Source: Acidimicrobiaceae bacterium (lineage in GTDB: Bacteria > Actinomycetota > Acidimicrobiia > Acidimicrobiales > Aldehydirespiratoraceae). From it: a stretch of 64,000 nucleotides of DNA. Shown in pieces: positions 28,534 to 38,349 of the stretch (positions are counted from its first letter, which is position 1; each line of letters opens with the position of its first letter). Under the pieces are notes generated by a model. That model made no database searches, was not told where the DNA came from, and worked only from the letters and a program-made list of their open reading frames with translations. The translations under genes were made by a program, and so were the position numbers. The DNA is taken from the NCBI GenBank assembly GCA_026706815.1, contig JAPOYA010000041.1, positions 102,500 to 166,499 on the forward strand. Direction: 5' to 3'.

Positions 28534-28691
28534 TTGGTTCTCCCCAAGTCAGCGATCGCGACAAAACTATCCGTGCATCGGCGTTCTCGGCGATTCGGCC
28601 GGTTGTCGGCTGCTCCAAGTTTAGGTATTTCCAGGTGTAGTGGACAGCGAATCCCGGGCTCGAGGTTTCAGCTCCGGTTATTCTTGATGCC

Positions 28692-29933
28692 GTGGATCCC
28701 CGCCACGTCCTGATAGCGCTTGCCTTCCTGTTTGCTGTTGGCTGCGCCTCGGGTGATGACGCCACGCCGTCAACGACCACGAGTGGTGCAGTGGCGACGT
28801 CCAGCACTCTGGTTTCTGAAACGAGTCAGCCAGGTTCAAGCAGTGTCGAGCAACCCGAGCCAGATGACGGCGAGCCGGATCCGGTTGAGCCTGTGCCGTC
28901 GTTGGCGCCGGGTCCGGTTCAGTCGACGTCTTCGTTGGCGCCGGATCCGGTTGTGGCGACGTTGCCCTTGGAGGGTCCGGTTGAGCCTGTGGCGACTACC
29001 ACCACCGCGTTGACCGTTGAAGGCCCCGAAGTTGTTGATTCTCCACCGAGTGCAGTTGAGGCGGTAGAAGGTGACAGCGGCAGCTCTGTGTCTGGCAGCC
29101 TTCAAGTCGCTGACCGGCCGGAATCCGCGGTCGCGGTGTTGCAGGGGCGACTGGAAGCGTTGGTCCTCCAACCGGAACGGCGCTCGGGTTATGACCGGGA
29201 CCTCTTCGACCACTGGGTTGATGCAGACGGGGACCGCTGCGATGCGCGCCGTGAGGTGCTGATTGCCGAAGCGGTGGTGGCCCCGCGGGTCGGAACTTCC
29301 TGTTCTCTGTCAGGCGGTCAGTGGTACAGCGTCTATGACGGAGCCGCCGAGCAGGGTTCGGGGCGAGGTTTCGATGTTGATCATCTGGTGCCGTTGGCTG
29401 AGGCTTGGGATTCAGGCGCTTATGGGTGGGACAGCGATACTCGTCGTCGTTATGCGAACGACTTGGGCTACGCGCATTCATTGGTGGCCGTGTCGAGTTC
29501 GTCGAATCGTCAGAAGGGTGCCGGGGACCCCGCTGATTGGCTGCCGCCGTTGGCCTCGGCGCGGTGCTGGTATGCCGAGGCGTGGATCGCGGTGAAGACC
29601 CGTTGGGGGCTGTCGATTGACACAGCCGAGTTGCAGGCGTTGCGCTCGGTGGTTTCGCAATGCCAGGACTGGCAACTTGGGAGTGCGCCTGTTCAGGCAA
29701 CGACGGTCGTGGCCGCGCCGACGACGGATTCGGGGCCGACGACTACAACGACTCTCGCGGTAGTGGAAGATCTGTGCCATCCGGCCTACATTCCGTGCCT
29801 GCCCAACTTGCCGGGTGATGCTTTGAACTGCGGCGACCTGTCGAGTTCCCAAAAGCCCGTTCAGGTGCGCACCATCGGTGTTGACCCCTACCGCCTCGAC
29901 CGCGACGGAAACGGCTTCGCCTGCACCAGCTGA
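28692..29933 (+). CDS. Lipoprotein with a DUF1524-type HNH nuclease domain and a Cys-rich excalibur-like C-terminal domain
   Basis: Lipobox FAVGC; Pro/Ser/Thr linker; YDRDLFDHW, DVDHLVPLAEAWDSGA, SNRQKG; terminal DPYRLDRDGNGFAC. Confidence 0.82.
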   Translation: MDPRHVLIALAFLFAVGCASGDDATPSTTTSGAVATSSTLVSETSQPGSSSVEQPEPDDGEPDPVEPVPSLAPGPVQSTSSLAPDPVVATLPLEGPVEPVATTTTALTVEGPEVVDSPPSAVEAVEGDSGSSVSGSLQVADRPESAVAVLQGRLEALVLQPERRSGYDRDLFDHWVDADGDRCDARREVLIAEAVVAPRVGTSCSLSGGQWYSVYDGAAEQGSGRGFDVDHLVPLAEAWDSGAYGWDSDTRRRYANDLGYAHSLVAVSSSSNRQKGAGDPADWLPPLASARCWYAEAWIAVKTRWGLSIDTAELQALRSVVSQCQDWQLGSAPVQATTVVAAPTTDSGPTTTTTLAVVEDLCHPAYIPCLPNLPGDALNCGDLSSSQKPVQVRTIGVDPYRLDRDGNGFACTS

Positions 29934-30352
29934 GGCAGGATCTCGTACCGCACTGTCGCGGAGCCCCCGGCCAGAGGATACAAAATCCTCTAGGCCGATT
30001 GTGCGGTGGCTTGGACAAAGAGCACCAGCGACACAAGCATTTTCCCTCTCCGTGGATACGGACGACTCTGTTTTGCGGGGCCGACGGGCCAGTGATGATG
30101 GACCGCTGCCTTGCAGAGAACGTGGAAGTCGTAGATCTCTGTCTCTCTCTGGAGTTTCCTGTCTGGTCGGGCAGACCTTACGCACAGGGTGTGACAGCCT
30201 CGGCAGGCCTCTCAAGTCTTGGTCAGAGGTTATTCGGCGCGTCGTTCGCCGGCGGTTCTCTTGCATCTTGGTGGAGAATGACGTTGGAGTCCATAGACAG
30301 TAGTCAGCCGCGCGCTGCAACCAGCGAGCAGCCTGAAGTCAATCGGAGATGA

Positions 30353-30922
30353 GTGATGGAATTATCGAAGTCTGGGCATCGACGAGTCCTGGCCGCAGAA
30401 GTGTTCTCCCGCTGCTATCTGGTCGGTGAGTTCACATTGAGGTCTGGGCGCACAGCCGACCGCTATTTCGACAAGTACCAATTCGAAAGCGATCCTGAGT
30501 TGCTTGCAGCGTTGGCCACCGAGATGGCGGCACTCGTTCCCGAGGACATTGATTTGCTGGCTGGTTTGGAGATGGGAGGCATCCCGGTTGTCACGGCGCT
30601 CGCTGCGGCGACAGGCATCCCCGCAGTCTTCGTCCGTAAGACCGCCAAAGAGTATGGGACGGCTCGACTGGCCGAAGGGCCGCCGGTTGCGGGCAAGCGA
30701 GTGTTGATTGTGGAGGATGTGGTGACATCGGGAGGTCAGATTCGGCTGTCGGCCTCCGATCTGCGGAACCTCGGCGCTGTCATTGTCGGGGCGATCTGTG
30801 TGATCGACCGCGAGGAGGGCGGTTCTGAGATTCTGGCTGAGGACGGAATTGAATTGTCGAGCTTGTTCGGGGGCGCGGAGTTGGAAGCCGCGGGCGCTGC
30901 GGGCCCACCTGCGTCGGGGTAG
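30353..30922 (+). CDS. pyrE: Orotate phosphoribosyltransferase
   Basis: GEFTLRSG, YFDKY, FVRKTAKEYGT, IVEDVVTSGG. Confidence 0.92.
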   Translation: MMELSKSGHRRVLAAEVFSRCYLVGEFTLRSGRTADRYFDKYQFESDPELLAALATEMAALVPEDIDLLAGLEMGGIPVVTALAAATGIPAVFVRKTAKEYGTARLAEGPPVAGKRVLIVEDVVTSGGQIRLSASDLRNLGAVIVGAICVIDREEGGSEILAEDGIELSSLFGGAELEAAGAAGPPASG

Positions 30923-30933
30923 GTTCATGGGCC

Positions 30934-31044
30934 ATGTCGGATGACTCAATTTCAGATGAATCAGACGCCGACCAGCCCATAGGCTTGACCGAGGCGTACT
31001 CGGTCCAGAGCCCCGACGACAATCGTGCCCTGTACGCGAAATGA
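30934..31044 (+). pseudogene. Truncated N-terminus of a probable class I SAM-dependent methyltransferase
   Basis: MSDD...GLTEAYSVQSPDDNRALYAK* resembles the AY....P.D...LY..WA..YD start of such enzymes; the stop falls at the expected Trp and I see no family-like continuation. Confidence 0.5.
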
Positions 31045-31259
31045 AGTGGCCCTCCAGATCGGTGGTCTACTCGCTGCCGAATGGCTCAAGAACGCGCGCA
31101 AATAGGTGAGAGCTTTCGAGCAGCAATGCGTTATCCCCCGCTCTTTGTTCGCTTCGCTCACAGGGCCGCTCGGGCCACGGCCCCGCAAATCAAGCTGCTG
31201 CGATTCAAAATCCTGTCGCCTATTTGCGGGGTCTCTAAGGCTGGTTGTCGTCGGCAGGC

Positions 31260-34200
31260 TCAGGCTGGCTCAAAGATCAGTTCGGGAACGACCACTTCCC
31301 ATCTGTCGCAATGGAGTTGGTCCTGATACTCCGGATCCGAGTGTCCGCGGCTCCAGGTTGCGATAGCCAGGACGCTTGCATGCACGCAAACCGTCCCTTC
31401 GGGGGGCTCGAAGCTTCGGGTCAGTCGCCCTACTACTAGTCCTGATTGGTCGAGCAACTCCCATCGGCCAGACCGCTGTCGAACCTGTAGCGGATCGTTC
31501 GCAGACAGAGCTGCGATGGCACGGTGCGTGCGGTGGTGGGACGGGTTTCGGCCGGCGAAGCTCAGGTATACGTCTTTGAGGTTGAGCAGGCGATAACGCC
31601 GGGCTGTCTCTGGTGGGGGCGGCGGCAGCGCGAGGGGCTCGCGCCAGAGGACAGCCGGGCTGTCCCGCAGTGCTGTTTGCATCGGGTTTGGCTTGTGGAG
31701 CCGTCCCAGAGTGAGGGTTTGGCGGGCGCGGGTCATGGACACGTAGTACAGACGGCGCGAAGCGTCTGGGTCCTCTTCGCTCCGGTCCCAAGCGCCGTCT
31801 AGCACGATCACATGGTCGAACTCCAGACCCTTGGCGCGATGAGCGGTCGACAGCAGCAGCTTTCGTTGTTGTTTGCGCACCTCTTGTCCCCACTCGGCCA
31901 GCCATTCGGTGAAGGTGTCCACAGGAGTCTCAGCGTGGCCGGTCTCAACCCCATGAGCCTCCAGTGCTTCTTGCAGGAGTTCGATCCAGGGGCCCTGTCT
32001 CTGTCTGGTCAGCCATTCGCGCAAGTCAGCGTTGCGGATCAGCTGGGAGTCGCGGTCGCGGAGCCAATCGAGCAGGGTCCGGGTCTCGCGCAGATGCCAG
32101 ATGCTGGGAAGGTTCTCGTTGGCCATCTGCACTGGGATGCCTTCGAGTTCGCAGACGCTGCGAACCGGCTCCAGGTATTTCCACTCTCTGGCGATAACCG
32201 CGCATCTCGACCAGTCCCATCTTGAGTCCAGTCTGCTCAGCCGTCGAAGCTCGGCCACTGCTGCTTGAGCTTGAGAGCTTGCGTCGCTCCCGGCCGGCAG
32301 GATTTGGACCTTGCCGCCGGCGACGGGGTCCAGATCAGCCCACGGACCTCCTGGTGGCTCCTTGGACCGCTGCTTGTCGATGTGGATCTCCTGGTCTGCC
32401 TTCATGCGCTGCCGCGCCGGTTGGATCACCGCATTGGAGGCCTCGATGATGTGGCGGGTCGACCGGTAGTTGTCGATCAAAAATGCTGGCTTGGCTTTGT
32501 AGTCCCGCTCGAAGCTGCGGATGAACTTCACCGAAGATCCCCTGAACGCGTAGATGTTCTGGTCGTCGTCGCCCACCGCGAACAGGGTCAGCTTGGAGTC
32601 CTCTTCTGACAGAGTCCGGCCTGCCAGCGCGGAGATGAGGTCGTACTCCTCTTGGCCTACATCCTGGTATTCGTCCACCAGAATCCATCGGAACCCGCCC
32701 AGAAGCCGTTCCCGGGTCTCCTCGGCCTCTTCGGGCTCGAGACCGTCGCCGCGCAGCAACGCGGTGGCCTGCTTGAGTATGTTCTGGAAGTACTCGTTGT
32801 CCAAGCGGTCGGTACGGTCTGAGAAACCGGCGCCCACGAGCCGCATCGCTATTGCATGACAGGTGAGCACCAGCACCCCTCGCGAGTCGTCCCCGACCAG
32901 ATCGACTAGCCGGCGACGTATCTCCATTGCGGCATGTCGGTTGTATGCGAGGGCGAGGATGCCCCGGGGGTCCTCGCGTCTGGCTCGTATCAGGTAGGCG
33001 ATGCGATGCACCAGGACTCTGGTCTTGCCCGAACCGGGTCCGGCGAGCACCAGCATGTTGACGTTCTCGCGGTCGTCGGCCACAAGGCTGCGTTGGGAGG
33101 TGTTGTTGAGGCTCTCCACGATGGCACGCCACGACTCCGGTGTGGTCTGCCGTGAGAGCTCTGCGCCGCGGCCGGACAGCCAGCGTTGCAGGAACTCGGA
33201 TTCCCCGAGCGTGAAGTAGTCGATTGCCAGTTGCAGGGCATCGGCCATGTTGCCGAATCCGCGCTGCGCGTATTCAGCCATGACATGTATCTGGCGGACA
33301 GTTTCGTCATAGTGGATCTGCAGAGACTGGAAGTCGGCCTGGCGGTACCCGCGTTTTTCCGGTGACAGGCGGATGGTCATCGCCGGACGGAAGACGGTCA
33401 GGCCCTTGTTGAGCCTGATGACCTCCTGTTCGTGCAACCACAGCAGCGAGCGCTCAGCGAGCCTGCGATAGTTCCTGACGTCCTGCGCGTCGAGGCTCAG
33501 GTCTTCTTTGGCCGCGTCCGTCAGCTTCCCCAATGTGGTCTCTGCCAAGAGGTCGGTACCGCGTCTTTTGGACGACACACACGACAGCAGGTGTTCAAGC
33601 AGTCGGGCAGCACCATCTCGCCGCCGCTGGGCTATCGCGTTTATCGAGTGCCATTCGCGTTTCAGCGTTATCCAGTAGCTTTCGGCGTCGTGTCTTCTCA
33701 TCGATATGCTTCCGCCGCCGATGCCCTCGCTGCGTCCGTCGCCGGCGATTCCCCGCAGCAGGCGGGCGATGCGATCAGGTCGGACGTCGTTGTTGTTGTT
33801 GTTGTCGGCGCCGTTCATACGCTGGCAGGCGACGCGCAGGTTCAGTTGCGTCTTGTCGCCGACTCCCATGTCCGGGGCCATTTCTTGCATGAGGTTCAAC
33901 AGCTCCTGTTCTGCACTGACTGCTGCTTCCAACCGCCGTTTCGAGCTGTCGGCAACACCGGCATGGACGAAGGCAGTCAGTGCGGTGTCGTTGCTGGCGA
34001 TACCGCATGTCTCCAAGTCGTGGAGCGCATGCCTCACTTGGTCGGGATTCAAGCCAACGGTGGCCATGAGCAGGTCGGTTGAGATTCCCTCGTCGGGGTC
34101 GGCTCCGACAAGCATCGTGACGATGGACAGCAACCGCTCGCGTGCGCTGTCTCCAAGCTCCCTGCCTTCGAGTTTTGTTCTCGCCTCCTCCTGTGAGTTC

Positions 34201-36422
34201 ACCCGCAGCGACGACGGGAATATCCGGACGCGGTTCTCCTCTCGGCTGAGCAAGTTTGACTCCTCGAGCCAGGCCAGTGCGGTCCTGCCCCGGGTGTCGT
34301 CAGTGACCGAATCCCGTCTGAAGTCGTTGTCCTCGTCCTTGAGGAGGATCTCCCCGACAGTGGCTTCGACTTCGTTGCTTTTGTTGCGTTTGCCCAACCG
34401 GCGCAGGGCCATGAGAACTGCGTGGATCTCGCGTCGGGTGAGCCGGGACCGTGCCGACATGCTGAACTGCCGCTCGACGTCGTCTTTGGCGTAGAGCAGG
34501 ACGCAAAGAGCTTGTTTCAGGTCCCTGCCGGCTCGGCCCGCCTCCTGCAGATAGTTCTCCAGCGATGACGGGATGTCGGCGTGTATCACCAGCCGCACGT
34601 CGGGCTTGTCGATCCCCATCCCGAAGGCGTTGGTGGCCGCGATCACCCTCAGATCACCGTCGATGAAGCCGCGCTGGACGGTCTTCTTCTCCTCGGGCTG
34701 CAACCCGGCGTGGAAGCGGTCGGCAGCGATCCCTTGCTCGCTCAGGAAGCTCGCCACCTTCTCGGTCTGCAGTCGAGTGGCGCAATACACGATCGCTCCG
34801 CCGTCTAGCTCAGGCCGTAGATGCTCGGTCAAGATCATGTGGATGTCATGGAACTTCATGGCGCTGCTGGTCTCCTGCACCGCGAACTCGAGATTGGAGC
34901 GCTCGCTGCCTCCGTCGATCACCCGCATCTCGAGGTTGAGTTTCTCGGCGAAGTACTCGACTATCTCCTCTTTCACCCCGGGCTTGGCCGTCGCGGTCAG
35001 GCACAGCACCGGGGGCACTGCACCGTCTTGGGCCTGTTCGCCGATGAAGCGCCCCACATAGCGGTAGTCGGGACGGAAATCGTGTCCCCACTTTGAAAGA
35101 CAGTGGGCTTCGTCGAGCACCCAGGCACCGATCTCACGCTGTCCCAGAGCTCGGCGAAACGAGACGCTCCGAAGCTGCTCGGGCGAGATCAGCACGATGG
35201 CGGCGTCTCCGAGCCTCAGTCTCTCCAGCGCTTCGGCGCGTTCGGGCATCGACAGCAGGCCGTTGACGGTGATGCAGGACGTGATGCCTCTGGTCTCGAG
35301 CCCTGTGACCTGATCGGCCATCAGGGCCACCAGCGGCGAGATGACCACGGTTACCGCCCCGGTCTTCTCATATCGCGACAGTGCCGGTATCTGGTAGCAC
35401 AGCGACTTGCCTGTGCCCGTCGGCAAGATCCCCAAGACAGGGTCACCTCCCATCGCCCCCTCAACGATGGCCTGCTGCAACGGGTGCCCATCCTCGGCGG
35501 CCGGTTTCGGCCTGAAGTCTTCGAAGCCGAACAACCGCTTCAACTCTTTGCGAGCACTGTGGCGCTCTTGACACCAAGGGCACTTTGGATCGTGGCATTT
35601 GCGGTCGCGCAGACGCCGCACCAGCCTTCCGGCTTCGGGGAACTGGTGCCGAACCCAAGGCGGCATAACCGAATTGCCCTCCGCCACCCACAGCCACGCC
35701 AACGCGTAGGCAAGCGACCAGCCATGCTCGTCGGCAGAATCGACGGCCTGGCGGGCATGAGTACGACAGCACGAACCGTCAACACGGGAGAAGATCGCCT
35801 TGCGGGCCTCACCGTCAGAGGGCCTCGGCGACCCACGCACGCACCGGAAGACCAAGTCAAAACCGGAGTTGTGTTGACCCCCCGTCAGCCAGTGCCAGGC
35901 GGCAAGCAAGTCTGATGGCGCTTCCAGCAGACTCTTCTGCTGGGCGGCGAAGACCTCCAAGGCGATCCAGGCGTCTTGTTTAGGGTCGTTCCTGCGCCCG
36001 GTGATGAGCCGGCCGTCCTGGTAGTGCTTGACGAGACGGTGATACGGGTTGCGCGGAAAGGCCAGAGGATTCAGCCAAAGAGTGTCCACCACCGGCATCT
36101 GAAGCAATCGCAACCCGGGATTCGCTGCCCGCAGATGCTGCATGTCGAATACGATGAAATTGTGGCCAAGCACGAAGTCGACGCTGTCGGCGAAGTCGTC
36201 CAACTGGGCCAATGCCCGCTCGAAGCCGACGCCTGACGACGGATAGACGAAAGGCTCGCCGGTGTCTGAGCGCACTCCGGCGAAGGCGTGGATGCGATTC
36301 GTCGTAGTCGACACTTCCAGGTCAATCGAAACGCAGTTGGACAGTCCAGCAAGCAACCCCGGGGTTGCTGTTCTTTTGTTGTCTCCTTTGTTGTCATCCT
36401 GTCCCGGAGTAACATTCGACAC
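31260..36422 (-). CDS. 1720-aa fusion: DEDD-like 3'-5' exonuclease, RecQ-type SF2 helicase and UvrD/Rep-type SF1 helicase
   Basis: Exonuclease: SIDLEV, GHNFIVFD, VDTL. RecQ: LPTGTGKS, DEAHCLSKWGHDFRPDY, AFGMGIDKPDVR, QEAGRAGRD. UvrD: AGPGSGKT, DEYQD, GDDDQNIYAFRG, NYRST, HRAKGLEFD, YVSMTRAR. Confidence 0.9.
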   Translation of the reverse strand: MSNVTPGQDDNKGDNKRTATPGLLAGLSNCVSIDLEVSTTTNRIHAFAGVRSDTGEPFVYPSSGVGFERALAQLDDFADSVDFVLGHNFIVFDMQHLRAANPGLRLLQMPVVDTLWLNPLAFPRNPYHRLVKHYQDGRLITGRRNDPKQDAWIALEVFAAQQKSLLEAPSDLLAAWHWLTGGQHNSGFDLVFRCVRGSPRPSDGEARKAIFSRVDGSCCRTHARQAVDSADEHGWSLAYALAWLWVAEGNSVMPPWVRHQFPEAGRLVRRLRDRKCHDPKCPWCQERHSARKELKRLFGFEDFRPKPAAEDGHPLQQAIVEGAMGGDPVLGILPTGTGKSLCYQIPALSRYEKTGAVTVVISPLVALMADQVTGLETRGITSCITVNGLLSMPERAEALERLRLGDAAIVLISPEQLRSVSFRRALGQREIGAWVLDEAHCLSKWGHDFRPDYRYVGRFIGEQAQDGAVPPVLCLTATAKPGVKEEIVEYFAEKLNLEMRVIDGGSERSNLEFAVQETSSAMKFHDIHMILTEHLRPELDGGAIVYCATRLQTEKVASFLSEQGIAADRFHAGLQPEEKKTVQRGFIDGDLRVIAATNAFGMGIDKPDVRLVIHADIPSSLENYLQEAGRAGRDLKQALCVLLYAKDDVERQFSMSARSRLTRREIHAVLMALRRLGKRNKSNEVEATVGEILLKDEDNDFRRDSVTDDTRGRTALAWLEESNLLSREENRVRIFPSSLRVNSQEEARTKLEGRELGDSARERLLSIVTMLVGADPDEGISTDLLMATVGLNPDQVRHALHDLETCGIASNDTALTAFVHAGVADSSKRRLEAAVSAEQELLNLMQEMAPDMGVGDKTQLNLRVACQRMNGADNNNNNDVRPDRIARLLRGIAGDGRSEGIGGGSISMRRHDAESYWITLKREWHSINAIAQRRRDGAARLLEHLLSCVSSKRRGTDLLAETTLGKLTDAAKEDLSLDAQDVRNYRRLAERSLLWLHEQEVIRLNKGLTVFRPAMTIRLSPEKRGYRQADFQSLQIHYDETVRQIHVMAEYAQRGFGNMADALQLAIDYFTLGESEFLQRWLSGRGAELSRQTTPESWRAIVESLNNTSQRSLVADDRENVNMLVLAGPGSGKTRVLVHRIAYLIRARREDPRGILALAYNRHAAMEIRRRLVDLVGDDSRGVLVLTCHAIAMRLVGAGFSDRTDRLDNEYFQNILKQATALLRGDGLEPEEAEETRERLLGGFRWILVDEYQDVGQEEYDLISALAGRTLSEEDSKLTLFAVGDDDQNIYAFRGSSVKFIRSFERDYKAKPAFLIDNYRSTRHIIEASNAVIQPARQRMKADQEIHIDKQRSKEPPGGPWADLDPVAGGKVQILPAGSDASSQAQAAVAELRRLSRLDSRWDWSRCAVIAREWKYLEPVRSVCELEGIPVQMANENLPSIWHLRETRTLLDWLRDRDSQLIRNADLREWLTRQRQGPWIELLQEALEAHGVETGHAETPVDTFTEWLAEWGQEVRKQQRKLLLSTAHRAKGLEFDHVIVLDGAWDRSEEDPDASRRLYYVSMTRARQTLTLGRLHKPNPMQTALRDSPAVLWREPLALPPPPPETARRYRLLNLKDVYLSFAGRNPSHHRTHRAIAALSANDPLQVRQRSGRWELLDQSGLVVGRLTRSFEPPEGTVCVHASVLAIATWSRGHSDPEYQDQLHCDRWEVVVPELIFEPA

Positions 36423-36472
36423 GGCCGGGATACTAAGTGTTCAGCCAGAGCGGTTGTGGACTTCTGCGGAGA

Positions 36473-36504
36473 CGCTGCCTGATCGGACCCGGAGGCGGGC
36501 AGCG
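36473..36504 (-). terminator. GC-rich hairpin just downstream of tmRNA
   Basis: CGCTGCC (36473-36479) pairs with GGCAGCG (36498-36504); no clear U tract. Confidence 0.35.
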
Positions 36505-36513
36505 AGGACTCCT

Positions 36514-36903
36514 TGGTGGAGCTGGAGGGAATCGAACCCTCGTCCGCCGGGTGGTTGCTCGCCGTGCTACGACCATTCCCGTGCTAGTGGCTCATGGCTG
36601 CCACGCTCCCGGGTGAGGTGGGCCTCAAGAACCCGCCACCGGAACTTTCTCCGGAGTCAGCGGTCTTTCCCGTCTGTCAGCGGTCTCTCCCTGCTGTCCA
36701 CCGTCGCTTCTGGTGCCAGGCTGCGGCGGTCAGGCCCCGCGTGCCATTGCTGGTCGCGATGATTCTCTGCCTACTGATGAATCAGGCGGCGAGAACGAGA
36801 TCGTCCGAATCGGCGTCTCTGTTGGTGCCCCGTTTTTGGAGTCTGAGCAACTCCGGTCGCACGTCGCAGCATCCTGGTTCCGACGTCGAAACCGATCAGC
36901 CCC
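36514..36903 (-). ncRNA. ssrA: tmRNA; tag reading frame probably (A)ADSDDLVLAA at 36782-36814
   Basis: 5' GGGGCTGATCGGTTTCGAC; 3' GAGGGTTCGATTCCCTCCAGCTCCACCA with G3:U acceptor pair; internal frame ending LAA-TGA. Confidence 0.96.
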
Positions 36904-37051
36904 TTTGTGCATGTCGTCGATTGTCAAAATGCGCTCCCCCAAGGGTAACCCGGTGTTGCGACGTCTGTCGGCCTGAATCGTCGCTGAATCGTCGGACAAA
37001 AGACTCGCGCCGGGTTCACCGAATGAGCGTTGGATGCGTTACCGTTTGCCC

Positions 37052-38287
37052 ATGTCCGAGCGCACACCAGTCACGGACTGGACCACCGACTACGACATCA
37101 GCGATCCCGCCTACATCGAAGATCCGGTACCGATCTGGCGTGAGATGCGCGAGAAGTGCCCGATCGCCCACACTGAACGGCTGGAGGGATCCTGGAACCC
37201 GACTCGCTTCGACGACATCCGGACACTGGCGAAAATGGTGCCTGAGTTGTCCTCGCGGGCGCCGTTGGTGATGCCGCCACCGCCGGATTTCCCGGAGCAG
37301 TCGCTCTACGAACAGCAGATCGCGGCGGCGCCGATAACAGCGGATCCGCCGATCCACACTTGGACCCGGCGGATGATCCTTCCCGCGTTCTCGCCCAAGA
37401 CGGTGAATCGTTACACGGACTACACCGAAGAGTTGGCGCACTCGTTGATAGACGGCTTCATCGCGAACGGCGAATGCGATGCCGCTGTGGACTACTCCCA
37501 GCAGATCCCGCCGCGGGTGATCGCCCATCTCTTGGGCGTGGACCCCGAAATGTCGGACACATTCGTGAGTTGGGTCAACGACCTTCTCGGCGAGGGCCTG
37601 TTGGATCCGGAGAAGAGAATGGCAGCCCGTGACGCACTGCTCACCTTTCTGGGCGTGGAGGTTCAGCAACGGATTCAGGACCCCCAAGATGATCTGCTGA
37701 CTGAGTTGCTCCACATGGAGCCGTTCGACGATGACGCCGAGATCACGCCGGAAGTGGTTGTGGGAATCGCCAACCTCTTGGTGGTGGCCGGCATCGACAC
37801 GACTTGGAGTTCCATCGGATCGGCCCTGTGGCACCTTGGCACCACCCCGGACGACTTGGCCCGTCTCAACGCGGAGCCTGATCTGCTCCCGACCGCAGTG
37901 GAGGAATTCCTGCGCTATTACGCACCGGTCACGATGGCCCGAATCGCCGACGAGGATGTGTCCTATGGCGGCGTCCGCATAGAGAAGGGCGACAAGGTTC
38001 TCATGAACTTCCCGGCGGCCTGCCATGACCCCGAGCACTTCGAGAACCCCGACGAGTTCATCATCGACCGCCGACGAAATCGCCATGTGGCGTTCGGCTC
38101 CGGCATCCACCGGTGCGCGGGCTCCAACCTGGCCCGTCTGGAGATGAACGTTGCTTTACGCGTTTGGCTCGAACGGATTCCAGAGTTCCGCGTGAGCGAT
38201 CCTGACTCCATGAAGTGGGCAGGCGGGCAGGTGCGGGGCCCGAGAATCATGAAAGTCTCGTTCCCGCCGGGTTCGCCACGCAGCTAG
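37052..38287 (+). CDS. Cytochrome P450
   Basis: DPPIHT, AGIDTT, EEFLR, HVAFGSGIHRCAGSNLARLE. Confidence 0.96.
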   Translation: MSERTPVTDWTTDYDISDPAYIEDPVPIWREMREKCPIAHTERLEGSWNPTRFDDIRTLAKMVPELSSRAPLVMPPPPDFPEQSLYEQQIAAAPITADPPIHTWTRRMILPAFSPKTVNRYTDYTEELAHSLIDGFIANGECDAAVDYSQQIPPRVIAHLLGVDPEMSDTFVSWVNDLLGEGLLDPEKRMAARDALLTFLGVEVQQRIQDPQDDLLTELLHMEPFDDDAEITPEVVVGIANLLVVAGIDTTWSSIGSALWHLGTTPDDLARLNAEPDLLPTAVEEFLRYYAPVTMARIADEDVSYGGVRIEKGDKVLMNFPAACHDPEHFENPDEFIIDRRRNRHVAFGSGIHRCAGSNLARLEMNVALRVWLERIPEFRVSDPDSMKWAGGQVRGPRIMKVSFPPGSPRS

Positions 38288-38349
38288 CTGGGCGGCGCGT
38301 AGTGGATCGACTGGCGCCATATCGATCGGAACCATAGGGAGAAGACCAG

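Noticed and set aside
29934..30352. ORFs of 117-280 aa between the nuclease gene and pyrE
   Set aside because: No recognisable motifs; likely spurious GC-rich frames. Only a hairpin near 29969-29996 is evident.
31130..31190. Integron attC-like text GTTCGCTTCGCTCAC
   Set aside because: No paired RYYYAAC/GTTRRRY ends, no integrase and no second copy.
31045..31260. Duplicated ssrA 3' end (att site) bounding the helicase insert
   Set aside because: No copy of the tmRNA 3' sequence seen by eye, so an integrative element is not demonstrated.
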